From: Planctomycetota bacterium
GTDB lineage: Bacteria; Planctomycetota; Phycisphaerae; Phycisphaerales; SM1A02
Direction: 5' to 3'
Assembly: GCA_016873115.1 (NCBI GenBank)
Contig: VGYB01000001.1
Span: forward strand, 151,528 to 215,527
DNA length: 64,000 bases
The translations under genes were made by a program, and so were the position numbers. Of this stretch, positions 8,747-18,657 are shown one piece after another. Numbering within the stretch: the first letter of the stretch is position 1; each line of letters begins with the position of its first letter. Below the pieces are notes generated by a model that was not told the origin of the DNA, made no database searches, and saw nothing but the letters and a program-made list of their open reading frames with translations.

Positions 8747-10240
8747 ATGCTGATCGGGCTCGATGTCGGTACCAGTTCGATGAAGGCGCTGCTCGTGGCA
8801 CCGGATGGTGCCGTCGCCGCCGCGGCAACGCGCGAGTACGCCTTCGACACGCCACGCGCAGGATGGGCGCAGACCGATCCGAGGATCTGGCGCCGTGCAG
8901 CCATCGAGGTGCTGCGCGAACTCGCCGGCCATCCGCGGGCCAACGGCATCCAGGCGATCGGGCTGACGGGGCAGATGCACGGCCTGTGCCTCGTCGGTGA
9001 CGATGGCGAACCCCTTGCGCCCGCGATCATGTGGAATGACCAGCGCAGCGCACCGCAATGCGAGCGGCTTGAGCGCTCGATCGGCACCACGGAACTCATC
9101 GCGCGCACCGGCAATCGCCTGCTGCCGGGATTCACCGCACCCAAGTGGTCGTGGGTCATGGAGCACGAGCCGTCGATCGCGCGTGCGACGCGCCATGTGC
9201 TCCTGCCCAAGGATGATGTCCGATTCGCACTCACAGGCACCGCCGCCACCGACATGAGCGATGCAAGCGGCATGCTCCTGCTCGATTGTGCGAACCGACG
9301 CTGGAGCGAACCCATGTGCCGCGACCTCGCGCTCCCCATGGATCGGCTCGGTTCGCTGCACGAATCGCACGAGCCGTGCGCACAGCTCAATGCGGCGGCG
9401 GCAGCGGCCACTGGGCTTCCCGCCGGGCTTCCGGTGGTGGCCGGTGCAGGCGACCAGGCCGCGCAGGCCCTTGGCACCGGCATCATCGAGGACGGCCAGG
9501 TGAGCTGCACCATCGGCACGAGCGGGGTGGTCTTCGCTGCGGGCGATCGATGGCGCGCGAGCCCCGATGGCAACCTCCATGCCTTCTGCCACGCGATACC
9601 CGGTCGATGGCACCTGATGGGTGTGATGCTCAGTGCGGGCGGGAGCCTGCAGTGGGCCAGGCGCACCCTCGCGCCGGATCTCGCCGAGGCCGCGCTGCAC
9701 GCCGGCGTCGATGCCTACCCACTCATGATCGAGCTTGCTGCAGCTGCGCCCGCTGGCTGTGACGGCTTGGTCTTCCTGCCCTACCTGACTGGCGAGCGCA
9801 CGCCGCACGCCGATCCCCGCGCGCGTGGTGCGTTCATCGGCCTGACACCGGCGCATACGCGCAGCCACCTCTTGCGCGCCGTCGTGGAGGGCATCACGAT
9901 GGGGCTCGTCGATGGCCTCGATGCCATGCGTGCGATCGGGCTCACGCCGCGCTCGATCCGTCTCTCCGGCGGCGGTGCGCGAAGCGCGTGGTGGCGACAG
10001 CTCTTGACCGACGCCTTCGCCGTGCGCACCAGCACCGTGCAGGTCACCGACGGCGGCGCGTACGGCGCCGCCCTGCTGGCTGGCATGGGCACCGGATGCT
10101 GGCAGGATGCCGCGCACGCCACGCGCCACCTGCGCGATCAGGATGAGTGCACGCCATCGAGTGGCAATGCCATGCTGCCGGATCGCCATCGTGCGGCCTA
10201 TCGTGCACTCAGACCCTGGTTCAACGAGGCCAACCCATGA
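8747..10240 (+). CDS. xylB: Xylulokinase (FGGY carbohydrate kinase)
   Basis: The sequence reads MLIGLDVGTSSMKALLV...GWAQTDPRIW...IGLTGQMHGLCLV...PAIMWNDQRS...PGFTAPKWSWV and continues to the C-terminal GGGARS motif. The track ORF is extended upstream from 8474. Confidence 0.9.
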   Translation: MLIGLDVGTSSMKALLVAPDGAVAAAATREYAFDTPRAGWAQTDPRIWRRAAIEVLRELAGHPRANGIQAIGLTGQMHGLCLVGDDGEPLAPAIMWNDQRSAPQCERLERSIGTTELIARTGNRLLPGFTAPKWSWVMEHEPSIARATRHVLLPKDDVRFALTGTAATDMSDASGMLLLDCANRRWSEPMCRDLALPMDRLGSLHESHEPCAQLNAAAAAATGLPAGLPVVAGAGDQAAQALGTGIIEDGQVSCTIGTSGVVFAAGDRWRASPDGNLHAFCHAIPGRWHLMGVMLSAGGSLQWARRTLAPDLAEAALHAGVDAYPLMIELAAAAPAGCDGLVFLPYLTGERTPHADPRARGAFIGLTPAHTRSHLLRAVVEGITMGLVDGLDAMRAIGLTPRSIRLSGGGARSAWWRQLLTDAFAVRTSTVQVTDGGAYGAALLAGMGTGCWQDAAHATRHLRDQDECTPSSGNAMLPDRHRAAYRALRPWFNEANP

Positions 10241-10443
10241 TCTGGTCGCTGCTCCTCATGACGCTCAGCATGCTTGCCGTCGCGTGGCTCGCGTGGAAGC
10301 TCGTGCAGCGGCAGGAGCGCGGCGACGACCAGCTCGAGTCGCTGCTCAAGAAGGATGATGATCGTGCCGAACGGGGGCTTCGCCGAGCGGCGGGCCTGCC
10401 GGACAAGCCGACCGATGGATCAGAGGACAACACCCGGCGCTGA
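10237..10443 (+). CDS. Small single-pass membrane protein (hypothetical)
   Basis: The ATG at 10237 overlaps the xylB stop (ATGA). The product is MIWSLLLMTLSMLAVAWLAWKLV followed by a charged tail. No family is recognised. Confidence 0.35.
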   Translation: MIWSLLLMTLSMLAVAWLAWKLVQRQERGDDQLESLLKKDDDRAERGLRRAAGLPDKPTDGSEDNTRR

Positions 10444-10502
10444 GGCGCATCGATCGGGGCAGGCCGTGCGTGCACCGTGGCTGCACTGCAGTGCGCTCGA
10501 CC

Positions 10503-11396
10503 TCACCAGGTGTTCTTGCGACGCGCGTCGTTGACTGAAGTCTGCAGGTGCTTGCCGGGGCAGGCGGTCTTCGCACCGGACCACTCACGGTGCGTGAGGA
10601 CGCGGCCCCGGCTCAGCTTGTACTGCGCGAGCAACTTGCGCACATGCCCTCGCAGACCATCGAGCTGACGCGGTGAGGGCTTCTGGATGTCGAAGTTGCC
10701 CAACACGAGGATGCCGATGTTCTGCTCGTTGTGCTTGGACACATGCGCTCCCTGCCAGCGCAGGTTGCGACCTTCCCAGACACGGCCCTCGCGGTCGACG
10801 ATGTAGTGGTAGCCGATGTCGCTGAATCCACGGCCGCGATGTCCGCATCGGATCCACTCGATGCGCCCGGCCGTAGCATCCATGCTGGTCTCGATCATCG
10901 GCGAATCCAGGCCATCGTGATGGATCGTGACCCACTTGATCGGCACGATCATCTTGTTCAGGTCTCTGGTGTCGGGCGTGCCGCGAGCCCAGCGCGCGCG
11001 CGGTATGACCCCGTCGACGGCCTTGGCGTTCAGGTCGGGCGCGATGTTGGTCGAGGTGGATCCCGCCGGTGCCGGGCCAGTCGCCACGGGCGGGGTCGGG
11101 CCGCCGGGTCGAACCGGATCCGGCCAGATGGGATCGGGAACGAGGAATATGCTTGAGGTCGTCGGCGCCGTGGTGCATGCGGCCAGCAAGCCCATGCCCA
11201 TCATGAGGATCGATCGACGCGCCACACTCGACGCAGCGCCATCGGCCACCAAGTCGTATCGAGGCAGCGATCCATCGAGCACGGACGGCTCGGTCGCCCC
11301 GCGGGCATCGCCTGCGTGGCTCCTTCCCTCGATCGCCGCGTGCTGCTCTCTAACCATGACCAGACCTCCGTGTCCAAGCCCAATCTCATCGTCCAT
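10503..11396 (-). CDS. N-acetylmuramoyl-L-alanine amidase (Amidase_2 / PGRP-type), Tat-lipoprotein-like signal
   Basis: Amidase_2 motifs are present: WVTIHHDG, GYHYIVDREGRVWEGRNLRWQGAHV, NIGILVLGNF and THREW...KTACPG. The signal is SVARRSILMMGMGLLAAC. The start is uncertain (11396 or ATG 11357). Confidence 0.85.
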   Translation of the reverse strand: MDDEIGLGHGGLVMVREQHAAIEGRSHAGDARGATEPSVLDGSLPRYDLVADGAASSVARRSILMMGMGLLAACTTAPTTSSIFLVPDPIWPDPVRPGGPTPPVATGPAPAGSTSTNIAPDLNAKAVDGVIPRARWARGTPDTRDLNKMIVPIKWVTIHHDGLDSPMIETSMDATAGRIEWIRCGHRGRGFSDIGYHYIVDREGRVWEGRNLRWQGAHVSKHNEQNIGILVLGNFDIQKPSPRQLDGLRGHVRKLLAQYKLSRGRVLTHREWSGAKTACPGKHLQTSVNDARRKNTW

Positions 11397-11581
11397 GACG
11401 AGCGGTGGCCTTCAGAGATTAGCCCATGCCATCGCACGCCCGGACACCGACTTTGCGCCGGAAATTCCGGGCTTGGCACGACGCTGGTGATGATGCCCCG
11501 CACCCCCCTTTCCGGTACACTTTCAGGGCTCCCCGGTGGGGTGCATTCCACCCCACAATCAGCCCCCAAGGCGCAGGGTCC

Positions 11582-14176
11582 ATGACCGAGCAGACCACCC
11601 CAACCGAACCCACCACAGCCGCACCGGAGAAGTACACCAGCGAGGAGATCCAGGTCCTCGAGGGACTGGAGGCGATCCGCAAGCGCCCCGGCATGTATGT
11701 CGGTGGTACGGGCATGAACGCCCTCCACCACCTCGTCTACGAGTGCGTCGACAACGCGATTGACGAGGCGATGGCCGGATTCGCCACGAGCGTCGATGTG
11801 CGCATCGGCGTCGATGGCAGTTGCGCAGTCTCGGATGACGGCCGCGGCATGCCGGTCGACCCGATGAAGCACGAGAACCCCAAGATCAACGGCCGCCCCG
11901 CGGTCGAGGTGATCCTGACGGAAGTGCACGCCGGCGGCAAGTTCGACAACAACGCGTACAAGGTCTCCGGCGGCCTCCACGGGGTCGGGGTCAAGTGCGT
12001 GAACGCCCTCAGCGAGTGGACCGAGGTCATCGTCCGCAAGGCAGGCGTGCAGTGGAGCATCAGCTTCGAGCGCGGCAAGGTCACGCACCCCCTGCACCAG
12101 GTGTGTGCCGACTTGCCGACCACCGAGCGCGGCACCACCATCCGCTTCCTGCCCGACGCGCAGATCTTTTCCGATACGAACTTCCGGTTCGAGACGCTGG
12201 AGTTCCGCCTTCGCGAGCTGGCGTACCTCAACCCGGGCGTCAGGATCCGCCTCGTCGACGAGCGCGTCGATGCCTCGGGCCATGTGCGCGATGTCGCCTT
12301 CCGCGATCAGGATGGCATCCGCGCGTATGTGCAGTTCCTCAACTCGGGCCGCACCACGGTGTCGAGCTGCATCGGCATCGCACGCGTGGACGAGGCGCGC
12401 GGCCTGCGCGCGGACATCGCGCTCCAGTACACCGACGGCACCAACGAGAACCTCCTCGCCTTCGGCAACAACATCCGCAACCCGGACGGCGGCACCCATG
12501 TGGTCGGCTTCAAGACGGCGCTCACCCGCGTGATCAACGGCTATGCGCGCGAGAAGGGCTTGATCAAGGACCTCGTTCCGACGGGCGACGACCTTCGCGA
12601 GGGCCTTACCGCAGTGATCAGCGTCAAGCTGCCGAGCCCTCAATTCAACAACCAAACCAAGGAAAAGCTTCTCAACGAGGAGATCGAGGGCTTCGTGAGC
12701 CAGGCCGTGGGCGAGGAACTCGCTGCGTGGCTCGATCGCAATCCGGCCGAAGCCAGGAAGATCTGCCAGCGCGCCGTGCTCGCCGCCGAGGCGCGCGAGG
12801 CCGCACGCCGTGCGCGCGACCTCATCCGGCGCAAGAGCGCGCTCGGCGACAACGCCCTGCCCCAGAAACTCGCCGACTGCTCCAGCAACGATGTCGAGCG
12901 CACCGAGATCTTCATCGTCGAAGGCGACAGCGCAGGCGGCAGTGCCAAGGGCGGCCGCGACCATGTCCACCAGGCGATCCTGCCCCTGCGCGGCAAGCTG
13001 CTGAATGTCGAGCGCTGCCGGCTCGACAAGGTGCTCGCCTTCGAGGAGATCCAGACCCTCATCCAGGCACTGCAGTGCGGCATCGCCGATGAGCTCGATC
13101 CCGCCAAGCTCCGCTACGGCCGCATCATCATCATGACCGACGCCGATGTCGACGGCAGCCACATCCGCACGCTGCTGCTCACCTTCTTCTTCCGGCAGAT
13201 GCAGGAACTCGTCCGACAAGGGCGCATCTACATCGCGCAGCCACCGCTCTACCGCGTCAGCCGCGGCAAGACCGGGCAGTATGTGCTCAATGACAAGCAG
13301 ATGAGCGACACCCTCGCCGGCCTGGCACTCAAGCGGGCGGTGCTGGTCGTGCGTGGAGCCGACGGTTCGATCGAGCGTGCCATCGAGGGCGACATCCTGC
13401 AGCGCGTCCTGCGCCAGCTCCACCGGCTCGACGAACTCGTCACGGTCAGCAAGCGCCGCGGCATCGTCTTCACCCGGCTGCTCGCCGAACGCGCCAACGA
13501 CCCGACCGGCAAGGGCCTCCTGCCGCGGTTCCTCGTGAGCTGGGGCGGCGGCGATGCGCTCTGCTGGACCGAGGCCGATGCCGCTCGCGTCGCGCAGAAG
13601 CGCAACCTGCCCGCCGACAGCATGCGCGAACTGCATGAGAACTCGGAACTCGAGCGGCTCTTCGGCCAGCTCGCGCAGTCGGGCCTGGACATCACCGACT
13701 TCGCCCTCGTGCAGGAAGAGAGCGTGGCCGGCGAGAAACTGCCCACTCGGTACGGCTGGCTGCTTCGTGCAGAGAAGGGCGCCAAGCCCAAGGCGGATGA
13801 CGCTGCTCCATCGACCGAGCCCGACGACGACGGGGAACCCAAGCAAGCCGTGGGTGGCGGACGCGCGAACGCCAAGTCGGATCCCTCGAAGGACGAACTC
13901 GTCGAGGTCGCGAACATCCCCGGCATCCTGCACACGCTGCACGAGGTCGGCCGTCGCGGCATCGAGGTCCAGCGCTTCAAGGGGCTGGGCGAGATGGAAG
14001 CCGAGCAGCTCTGGGAGACCACGATGGACCCCGCGCGCCGCACGCTGCTGCGCGTGAGCATGGAAGCGGCCGCCGAGTGCGATCGTCTCTTCAACGTGCT
14101 CATGGGCGAGGATGTCGAGCAGCGCCGCGCCTACATCGAGAAGCACGCCCTCGAGGTCAAGAACCTCGACATCTGA
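11582..14176 (+). CDS. gyrB: DNA gyrase subunit B
   Basis: The sequence reads YTSEEIQVLEGLEAIRKRPGMYVGGT, HHLVYECVDNAIDEA and GGLHGVGVKCVNALS. The TOPRIM domain reads EIFIVEGDSAGGSAKGGRD...IIIMTDADVDGSHIRTLLLTFF. The C-terminus reads RFKGLGEM...RRAYIE. The start is ATG 11582 (MTEQTTP). Confidence 0.97.
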   Translation: MTEQTTPTEPTTAAPEKYTSEEIQVLEGLEAIRKRPGMYVGGTGMNALHHLVYECVDNAIDEAMAGFATSVDVRIGVDGSCAVSDDGRGMPVDPMKHENPKINGRPAVEVILTEVHAGGKFDNNAYKVSGGLHGVGVKCVNALSEWTEVIVRKAGVQWSISFERGKVTHPLHQVCADLPTTERGTTIRFLPDAQIFSDTNFRFETLEFRLRELAYLNPGVRIRLVDERVDASGHVRDVAFRDQDGIRAYVQFLNSGRTTVSSCIGIARVDEARGLRADIALQYTDGTNENLLAFGNNIRNPDGGTHVVGFKTALTRVINGYAREKGLIKDLVPTGDDLREGLTAVISVKLPSPQFNNQTKEKLLNEEIEGFVSQAVGEELAAWLDRNPAEARKICQRAVLAAEAREAARRARDLIRRKSALGDNALPQKLADCSSNDVERTEIFIVEGDSAGGSAKGGRDHVHQAILPLRGKLLNVERCRLDKVLAFEEIQTLIQALQCGIADELDPAKLRYGRIIIMTDADVDGSHIRTLLLTFFFRQMQELVRQGRIYIAQPPLYRVSRGKTGQYVLNDKQMSDTLAGLALKRAVLVVRGADGSIERAIEGDILQRVLRQLHRLDELVTVSKRRGIVFTRLLAERANDPTGKGLLPRFLVSWGGGDALCWTEADAARVAQKRNLPADSMRELHENSELERLFGQLAQSGLDITDFALVQEESVAGEKLPTRYGWLLRAEKGAKPKADDAAPSTEPDDDGEPKQAVGGGRANAKSDPSKDELVEVANIPGILHTLHEVGRRGIEVQRFKGLGEMEAEQLWETTMDPARRTLLRVSMEAAAECDRLFNVLMGEDVEQRRAYIEKHALEVKNLDI

Positions 14177-14308
14177 TCGCCCACGCGGCCTGTCGGTGGG
14201 CATCGGCGCGACGAAACATCCGCCAACGCGGACCTGGCGCCCCACCGAACAGCATGGAATCCGGAAGAAGCGTGTTGCCCGGCCCCGCATCCGGCGTAGC
14301 GTTGCGGC

Positions 14309-16987
14309 ATGCCGCTCCTGAGTGCCCTCCTCGCTGCCGCGGCGATGTGCGGCACCGATCAATCTCCCGCACCCGCGCAGTGGCTCATCCCAGACGACCA
14401 TGGGCGCTTGGCCCCGGCACCGGGCCTGCACCACGCCCTCCTTGGGTCCGTTCGCGGTGCGGGTCCGGCCACGGGGCAACCGATCAAGAGCGGCATGCTT
14501 CAGGCCGACCTGCCGGTCGGCCCGCTGGGGACGCTCGCGGTCGAGCTGCGCGCCATGCCGGCAGTTGCCCACGACGCCGTGGTCGAGGTCGGCTCCAGCA
14601 CACGGCAGCAGCATGGAGGACTCACCACGGTGCTGCACGACATCGTGCATCTGCAGGGATCGGTGATCGGTCATGCGCACTCGAGCGTCTACATCGGTGT
14701 CGGCACGACCGGGATCGCCGTGACGATCGACCTCGGCGCCGGACAAGGCTTGTGGACGCTGCGTCGCGCTGGCAGTGATGCGCCCGGTCTGTGCTCCGGT
14801 CCGGTCGAGTTCGTGCGCAGCGCCGGGACGAGCGCGCCCGAGGTGCCGACATGCGGCACTGACTGTTCCGGGGATCACGGCGGCCATGACGGCAGCCTTG
14901 CGGGCACGGGCGTGATCGTGCCGGGTGCCCGTCCGGTCGTCGAGCTCGCGGTCGACAGCGACTTCGAGTTCCTCCGCATCTTCAACGGCGATGGCGTGGC
15001 TGCCACGGAGTACATCGCCACGCTCGTCGGGGCCGTCTCGGCGATCTTCCGCCGTGACTGCGACACGACGATCTCGCTGGCCTATGTGCGGCTCCAACCC
15101 GATGCCGATGACCTCTTCAACGAGCCCAATCCACTCGGACCCTTCCGCACCTGGTGGAACGAAAACGGTGCCGATGTCGACCGGGACCTGTGCACGCTGC
15201 TGACCGGTCGCCGCAACCTTCCGTACGGGGGAGTGGCCTGGCTGAACTCAGCCTGCACCGACTACGGCTACTGCGTCAACGGGTACATCAACGGCCGCTT
15301 CGTCGACGCCTTCGCGACGAACCCTGGCAACTGGGACATCAATGTCACGGCGCACGAGCTCGGGCACAACCTCGGCACGCTGCACACGCACGACTACTCG
15401 ATCGATGCCTGCGCGTCGGGAACCGTCCAGCGCGGCACGATCATGAGCTACTGCCATGTCGTCTCCGGAGCGAGCTCGAACATCGACCTGCGGTTCCACG
15501 CGGGGACCGTCGATCCGATCAAGGCCTTCGTCTCCACGGCGCCATGCCTGTCCCACGACTGCGACGACGACGGACTCGACGATGCCGAGGAGATCGTGGC
15601 TGATCCCCTGCTTGACCTCAACGGCGATGGCCTGCTCGATGCATGCCAGGATTGCAATGGCAACGCGACACCCGATCCCGTGGAGATCGCCGCCGGCGCC
15701 CTCGTGGATGCCAACGCCAACGGCCGTCCTGATGCCTGCGAACCCGATTGCGACGGGAACGGGGTGTCCGACGCGATCGATGCCGCGCTCGACCCTGCTG
15801 CGGACTCCAACGGCGACTTCGTGCTCCAGTCGTGTGAGCCTGACTGCGATGGCGATGGCCTTGCCGACAGCGACGATCTGCTGGCGGACATGTCGCTCGA
15901 TCGCTCGCGTGACGGCGTACCGGACGCCTGCGAAGACTGTGATGGCGACGGCATCGTCGACTTCCTCGAGCTCCAAGGTTCGATGTCCCGCTGGGTCGGG
16001 TCACGAGATGACGCCTTGTTGCGCGAACTCGACCCGCGATCGGGCGTGCTGCGACGGACCCTCGTGCTGGGCACCGCCCCGATCGAGGATCTCGTCATCG
16101 CACCCGACGGACGGCTGCTGGCCCTCGAAGGCCTGAGCGCATGGGTGCTTGACCGCTCATCGCCGTCAAACCAAGCCGTGCGCTGGGGATCGGCCTTCGC
16201 GAACCAGCTCCGCGCGATCACGGTCACACCCGATGGCAGGATCGCGGTGATGCAGCGCAACGGTCGAACCAGCCTGCACGAGCTCGATGGAACGCTCTCG
16301 GAGAACTGGCTCCCTGCCTTCACCGATGTGGATGCACGCGATCTCATCTTCCGCAGGCTGGCCGACGGAACTCACGAGGCGGTCGCGACCCGGAGCAATG
16401 GCGTCGTGATGGCCTTCTCGTGGCCGCAAGGAACCGCGCGCGTGCTGGCAGACCTTTCCGCGCAGACACCCGACCTGAGCGGAGCGTTCGCGATGAACGA
16501 TGGCTCCATCTTGCTCGCGGCCACGGCGCTCGACCGCATCATCAAACTCGCCGTGGACGGAACCGACCTTGGCGAGTGGGATGTCGACAATGGACTCTTG
16601 CTCGACGGGGTCGTGGCCCTGTGTGCGGCCGGTGACGGACACGCGGTCCTTGCGGCTGCGCCCAACAGCAGCTCGACGGTCAATGGCTTCGCACTCTCGA
16701 ATGGGTACACCGAGCGCACCTACCGCATCTATCCAGCGGATGCGCCACGACCCAGCGCGATCGTGATCGCCCCCCCGAGCGCGACCGATACCAACGGGGA
16801 CCTCATCCCCGACGAGTGCGAGACCCCGGCCAGCGACCTCGATGGCGACGGTGATGTCGATGGCGCCGACCTGGGCATCATGCTGGCTGCCTGGGGCGAC
16901 TGCGCCGGATGCGCCGCCGATCTCAACGGCGATGGCACGGTGGATGGCACCGACCTCGGCCTGCTGCTCTCGTCCTTCGGCGCGTGA
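14309..16987 (+). CDS. Secreted multidomain protein: adamalysin/reprolysin-type zinc metalloprotease, thrombospondin-type-3-like Ca-binding repeats, beta-propeller-like region and a C-terminal dockerin-like module
   Basis: HELGHNLGTLHTHD at 15353-15394 matches HEXXHXXGXXHD. Five or more Asp/Cys-rich D-x-D-x-D-G repeats occupy 15557-15970 (DCDDDGLDD, DLNGDGLLDACQDCNGN, CEPDCDGNGVSD, CEPDCDGDGLADSDD, CEDCDGDGIVD). The C-terminus reads DLDGDGDVDGADLGIMLAAWGDCAGCAADLNGDGTVDGTDLGLLLSSFGA (16835-16984). Confidence 0.8.
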   Translation: MPLLSALLAAAAMCGTDQSPAPAQWLIPDDHGRLAPAPGLHHALLGSVRGAGPATGQPIKSGMLQADLPVGPLGTLAVELRAMPAVAHDAVVEVGSSTRQQHGGLTTVLHDIVHLQGSVIGHAHSSVYIGVGTTGIAVTIDLGAGQGLWTLRRAGSDAPGLCSGPVEFVRSAGTSAPEVPTCGTDCSGDHGGHDGSLAGTGVIVPGARPVVELAVDSDFEFLRIFNGDGVAATEYIATLVGAVSAIFRRDCDTTISLAYVRLQPDADDLFNEPNPLGPFRTWWNENGADVDRDLCTLLTGRRNLPYGGVAWLNSACTDYGYCVNGYINGRFVDAFATNPGNWDINVTAHELGHNLGTLHTHDYSIDACASGTVQRGTIMSYCHVVSGASSNIDLRFHAGTVDPIKAFVSTAPCLSHDCDDDGLDDAEEIVADPLLDLNGDGLLDACQDCNGNATPDPVEIAAGALVDANANGRPDACEPDCDGNGVSDAIDAALDPAADSNGDFVLQSCEPDCDGDGLADSDDLLADMSLDRSRDGVPDACEDCDGDGIVDFLELQGSMSRWVGSRDDALLRELDPRSGVLRRTLVLGTAPIEDLVIAPDGRLLALEGLSAWVLDRSSPSNQAVRWGSAFANQLRAITVTPDGRIAVMQRNGRTSLHELDGTLSENWLPAFTDVDARDLIFRRLADGTHEAVATRSNGVVMAFSWPQGTARVLADLSAQTPDLSGAFAMNDGSILLAATALDRIIKLAVDGTDLGEWDVDNGLLLDGVVALCAAGDGHAVLAAAPNSSSTVNGFALSNGYTERTYRIYPADAPRPSAIVIAPPSATDTNGDLIPDECETPASDLDGDGDVDGADLGIMLAAWGDCAGCAADLNGDGTVDGTDLGLLLSSFGA

Positions 16988-16990
16988 CGC

Positions 16991-17686
16991 TCACCCCGCC
17001 TCGGCGAACCCGCGGGCGCGGAGCTCGCAGGCATCGCATCGGCCGCATGGCGAACCGTCGGCTGCCGGGTCGTAGCACGAGATCGTCAGCGACAGGTCCA
17101 CGCCGAGTTCGCGGCCGAGCCGAATGATCTGCGCCTTGCTCAACTCCTGCAGCGGCGTGTGCAGACGAATGTGCCCGGACTCGACGCCCGCGCGTGTCGC
17201 CAGGTTGGCCACACGCTCGAACGCCGCGATGAACTCGGGCCTGCAGTCCGGATACCCCGAGTAATCGATCGCATTCACGCCGATGCCCAGATCGAATGCA
17301 CCGCGGACCTCGGCGAAGGCGAGCGCGAAGGCGAGGAAGATCGTGTTGCGCGCCGGCACATAGGTCACCGGGATCGAGCTGGCCATCTGCGCCGGCGAGC
17401 GGTCCTTCGGCACGGCAATGTCGGCCGTGAGCGCGCTGCCGCCGAAGGCACGCAGGTCGATGCGCTGCACGACATGCTCCACCACGCCGACCTGCTCGGC
17501 CACACGCACTGCTGCCCGCAGCTCGATGCTGTGGCGCTGTCCGTAGTCGAAGCTCAGCGCATGCACGGCGAATCCCTCGTGCCGGAGCCAGGCCGCCGTC
17601 ACGGCGCTGTCGAGCCCGCCCGAGAGCAGGACCACCGCACGGCGGGCCGAGCCGGTATCGCCTTGCTCTGAGGCCGGGCCGCTCAT
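16991..17686 (-). CDS. queC: 7-cyano-7-deazaguanine synthase
   Basis: The sequence reads [31 protein letters not shown] and [12 protein letters not shown]. The C-terminal zinc site is SCY...[10 protein letters not shown]. The size is canonical at 231 aa. Confidence 0.93.
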   Translation of the reverse strand: MSGPASEQGDTGSARRAVVLLSGGLDSAVTAAWLRHEGFAVHALSFDYGQRHSIELRAAVRVAEQVGVVEHVVQRIDLRAFGGSALTADIAVPKDRSPAQMASSIPVTYVPARNTIFLAFALAFAEVRGAFDLGIGVNAIDYSGYPDCRPEFIAAFERVANLATRAGVESGHIRLHTPLQELSKAQIIRLGRELGVDLSLTISCYDPAADGSPCGRCDACELRARGFAEAG

Positions 17687-18657
17687 GCCGGGCTCGGCAC
17701 GGTCTCGAGCACATGCTGCACGATGCGTCGTGCCGCATGCGTGTCACCGAACTCCATCGAGCCGCGAGGCATGATGCGGTGCACGAAGACTGCGGCGGCG
17801 TTGCCCACGATGTCCTCCGGCGTGACGAAGTCGCGCTCATCCATGTACGCCGTGGCGCGCGCCACCTGCGCCAGCGCGAGGGCACCACGCGGACTCACAC
17901 CCAGCTGGAGTTCCTCGTGCTCTCGCGTGGCCGACGCGAGCGCGATGATGTAGTCGACCAGCGGCTGCGCAAGCCGGATGCAGTCGACCGCCTCCTGCAT
18001 GGCGATCACGCCCGCGGCATCCATGACCGGCTCGATCGACGGCAGCGCCGTGCGCCCGGGCTGCTGCAGGATCACGCGGCTTTCGTCGTCGGGGCTGGGA
18101 TAGCCGAGCGTGACGCGCATCAGGAAGCGATCGAGCTGGTTCTCGGGCAGGGTGTAGGTTCCCTCGAACTCATAGGGATTCTGCGTCGCCACCACCATGA
18201 AGGGCTGCGGCAGCCGGTGCGTGATCCCCTCGACGGTGACGGAACCCTCGCCCATCGCCTCGAGCAGAGCGCTCTGCGTACGCGGCGTGGCGCGGTTGAC
18301 TTCGTCGGCAAGCACGATGTTGGCGAAGACCGGCCCCGGGCGGAACTCGAACTGACCACGGTCACGCAGGAAGACGCTTGCACCCGTGACATCGCTCGGC
18401 AGGAGATCGGGCGTGCACTGGACCCGACCGAAGGAACACTGCAGGCTGCGGGCAAGCGCGCTCGCCAGCGTGGTCTTGCCTACACCCGGTACATCCTCGA
18501 TCAGGGCATGGCCGCGCGCGAGCAGGCAGGTCACGAGGCGATCGACGGCCTGCCGGTTGCCCAGGTAGGCCGTGCCGATCGTCTCGCGCAGCTTCTTCAC
18601 GGGTGTCATGAATCGGCGAGTATAGGTGCGATAGGCTTCATCCATGTCCGTGCGCAT
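17683..18657 (-). CDS. MoxR-family AAA+ ATPase
   Basis: Walker A is [16 protein letters not shown]. The family motif is [15 protein letters not shown]. Walker B is [20 protein letters not shown], followed by VVATQNP. The stop overlaps the queC start (ATGA 17683-17686). Confidence 0.9.
   Translation of the reverse strand: MRTDMDEAYRTYTRRFMTPVKKLRETIGTAYLGNRQAVDRLVTCLLARGHALIEDVPGVGKTTLASALARSLQCSFGRVQCTPDLLPSDVTGASVFLRDRGQFEFRPGPVFANIVLADEVNRATPRTQSALLEAMGEGSVTVEGITHRLPQPFMVVATQNPYEFEGTYTLPENQLDRFLMRVTLGYPSPDDESRVILQQPGRTALPSIEPVMDAAGVIAMQEAVDCIRLAQPLVDYIIALASATREHEELQLGVSPRGALALAQVARATAYMDERDFVTPEDIVGNAAAVFVHRIMPRGSMEFGDTHAARRIVQHVLETVPSPA

Noticed and set aside
8237-10189. A 650-aa minus-strand ORF
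   Set aside because: It is antisense to xylB (FGGY kinase motifs are clear on the plus strand).
10444-10502. The palindrome GCACTGCAGTGC in the convergent gap between the small membrane ORF and the amidase, as a bidirectional terminator
   Set aside because: The stem is short, there is no flanking T- or A-tract, and it contains a PstI-type palindrome that is common by chance in GC-rich DNA. The evidence is insufficient.
11470-11490. A second sigma-54-like box, TTGGCACGACGCTGGTG, upstream of gyrB
   Set aside because: The -24 half matches, but the -12 position reads TGGT rather than TTGC, so it fails the GC dinucleotide spacing. It is probably a chance match.
11201-15097. A 1298-aa ORF on the minus strand, the longest in the track after the envelope protein
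   Set aside because: It lies entirely antisense to gyrB and to the start of the metalloprotease gene, both of which have unambiguous motifs. Its translation is R/A/G/D/H/V-rich and motif-free, which is typical of the open antisense frame in ~67% GC coding DNA.
16991-18657. MoxR ATPase plus QueC as a Qat-like (QueC-like, ATPase and TatD) anti-phage system
   Set aside because: The QueC here has the canonical size (231 aa) and all the biosynthetic motifs, including the C-terminal zinc site. There is no TatD nuclease or QatB-like gene. The ATPase is a standard MoxR rather than a QatA-type protein.
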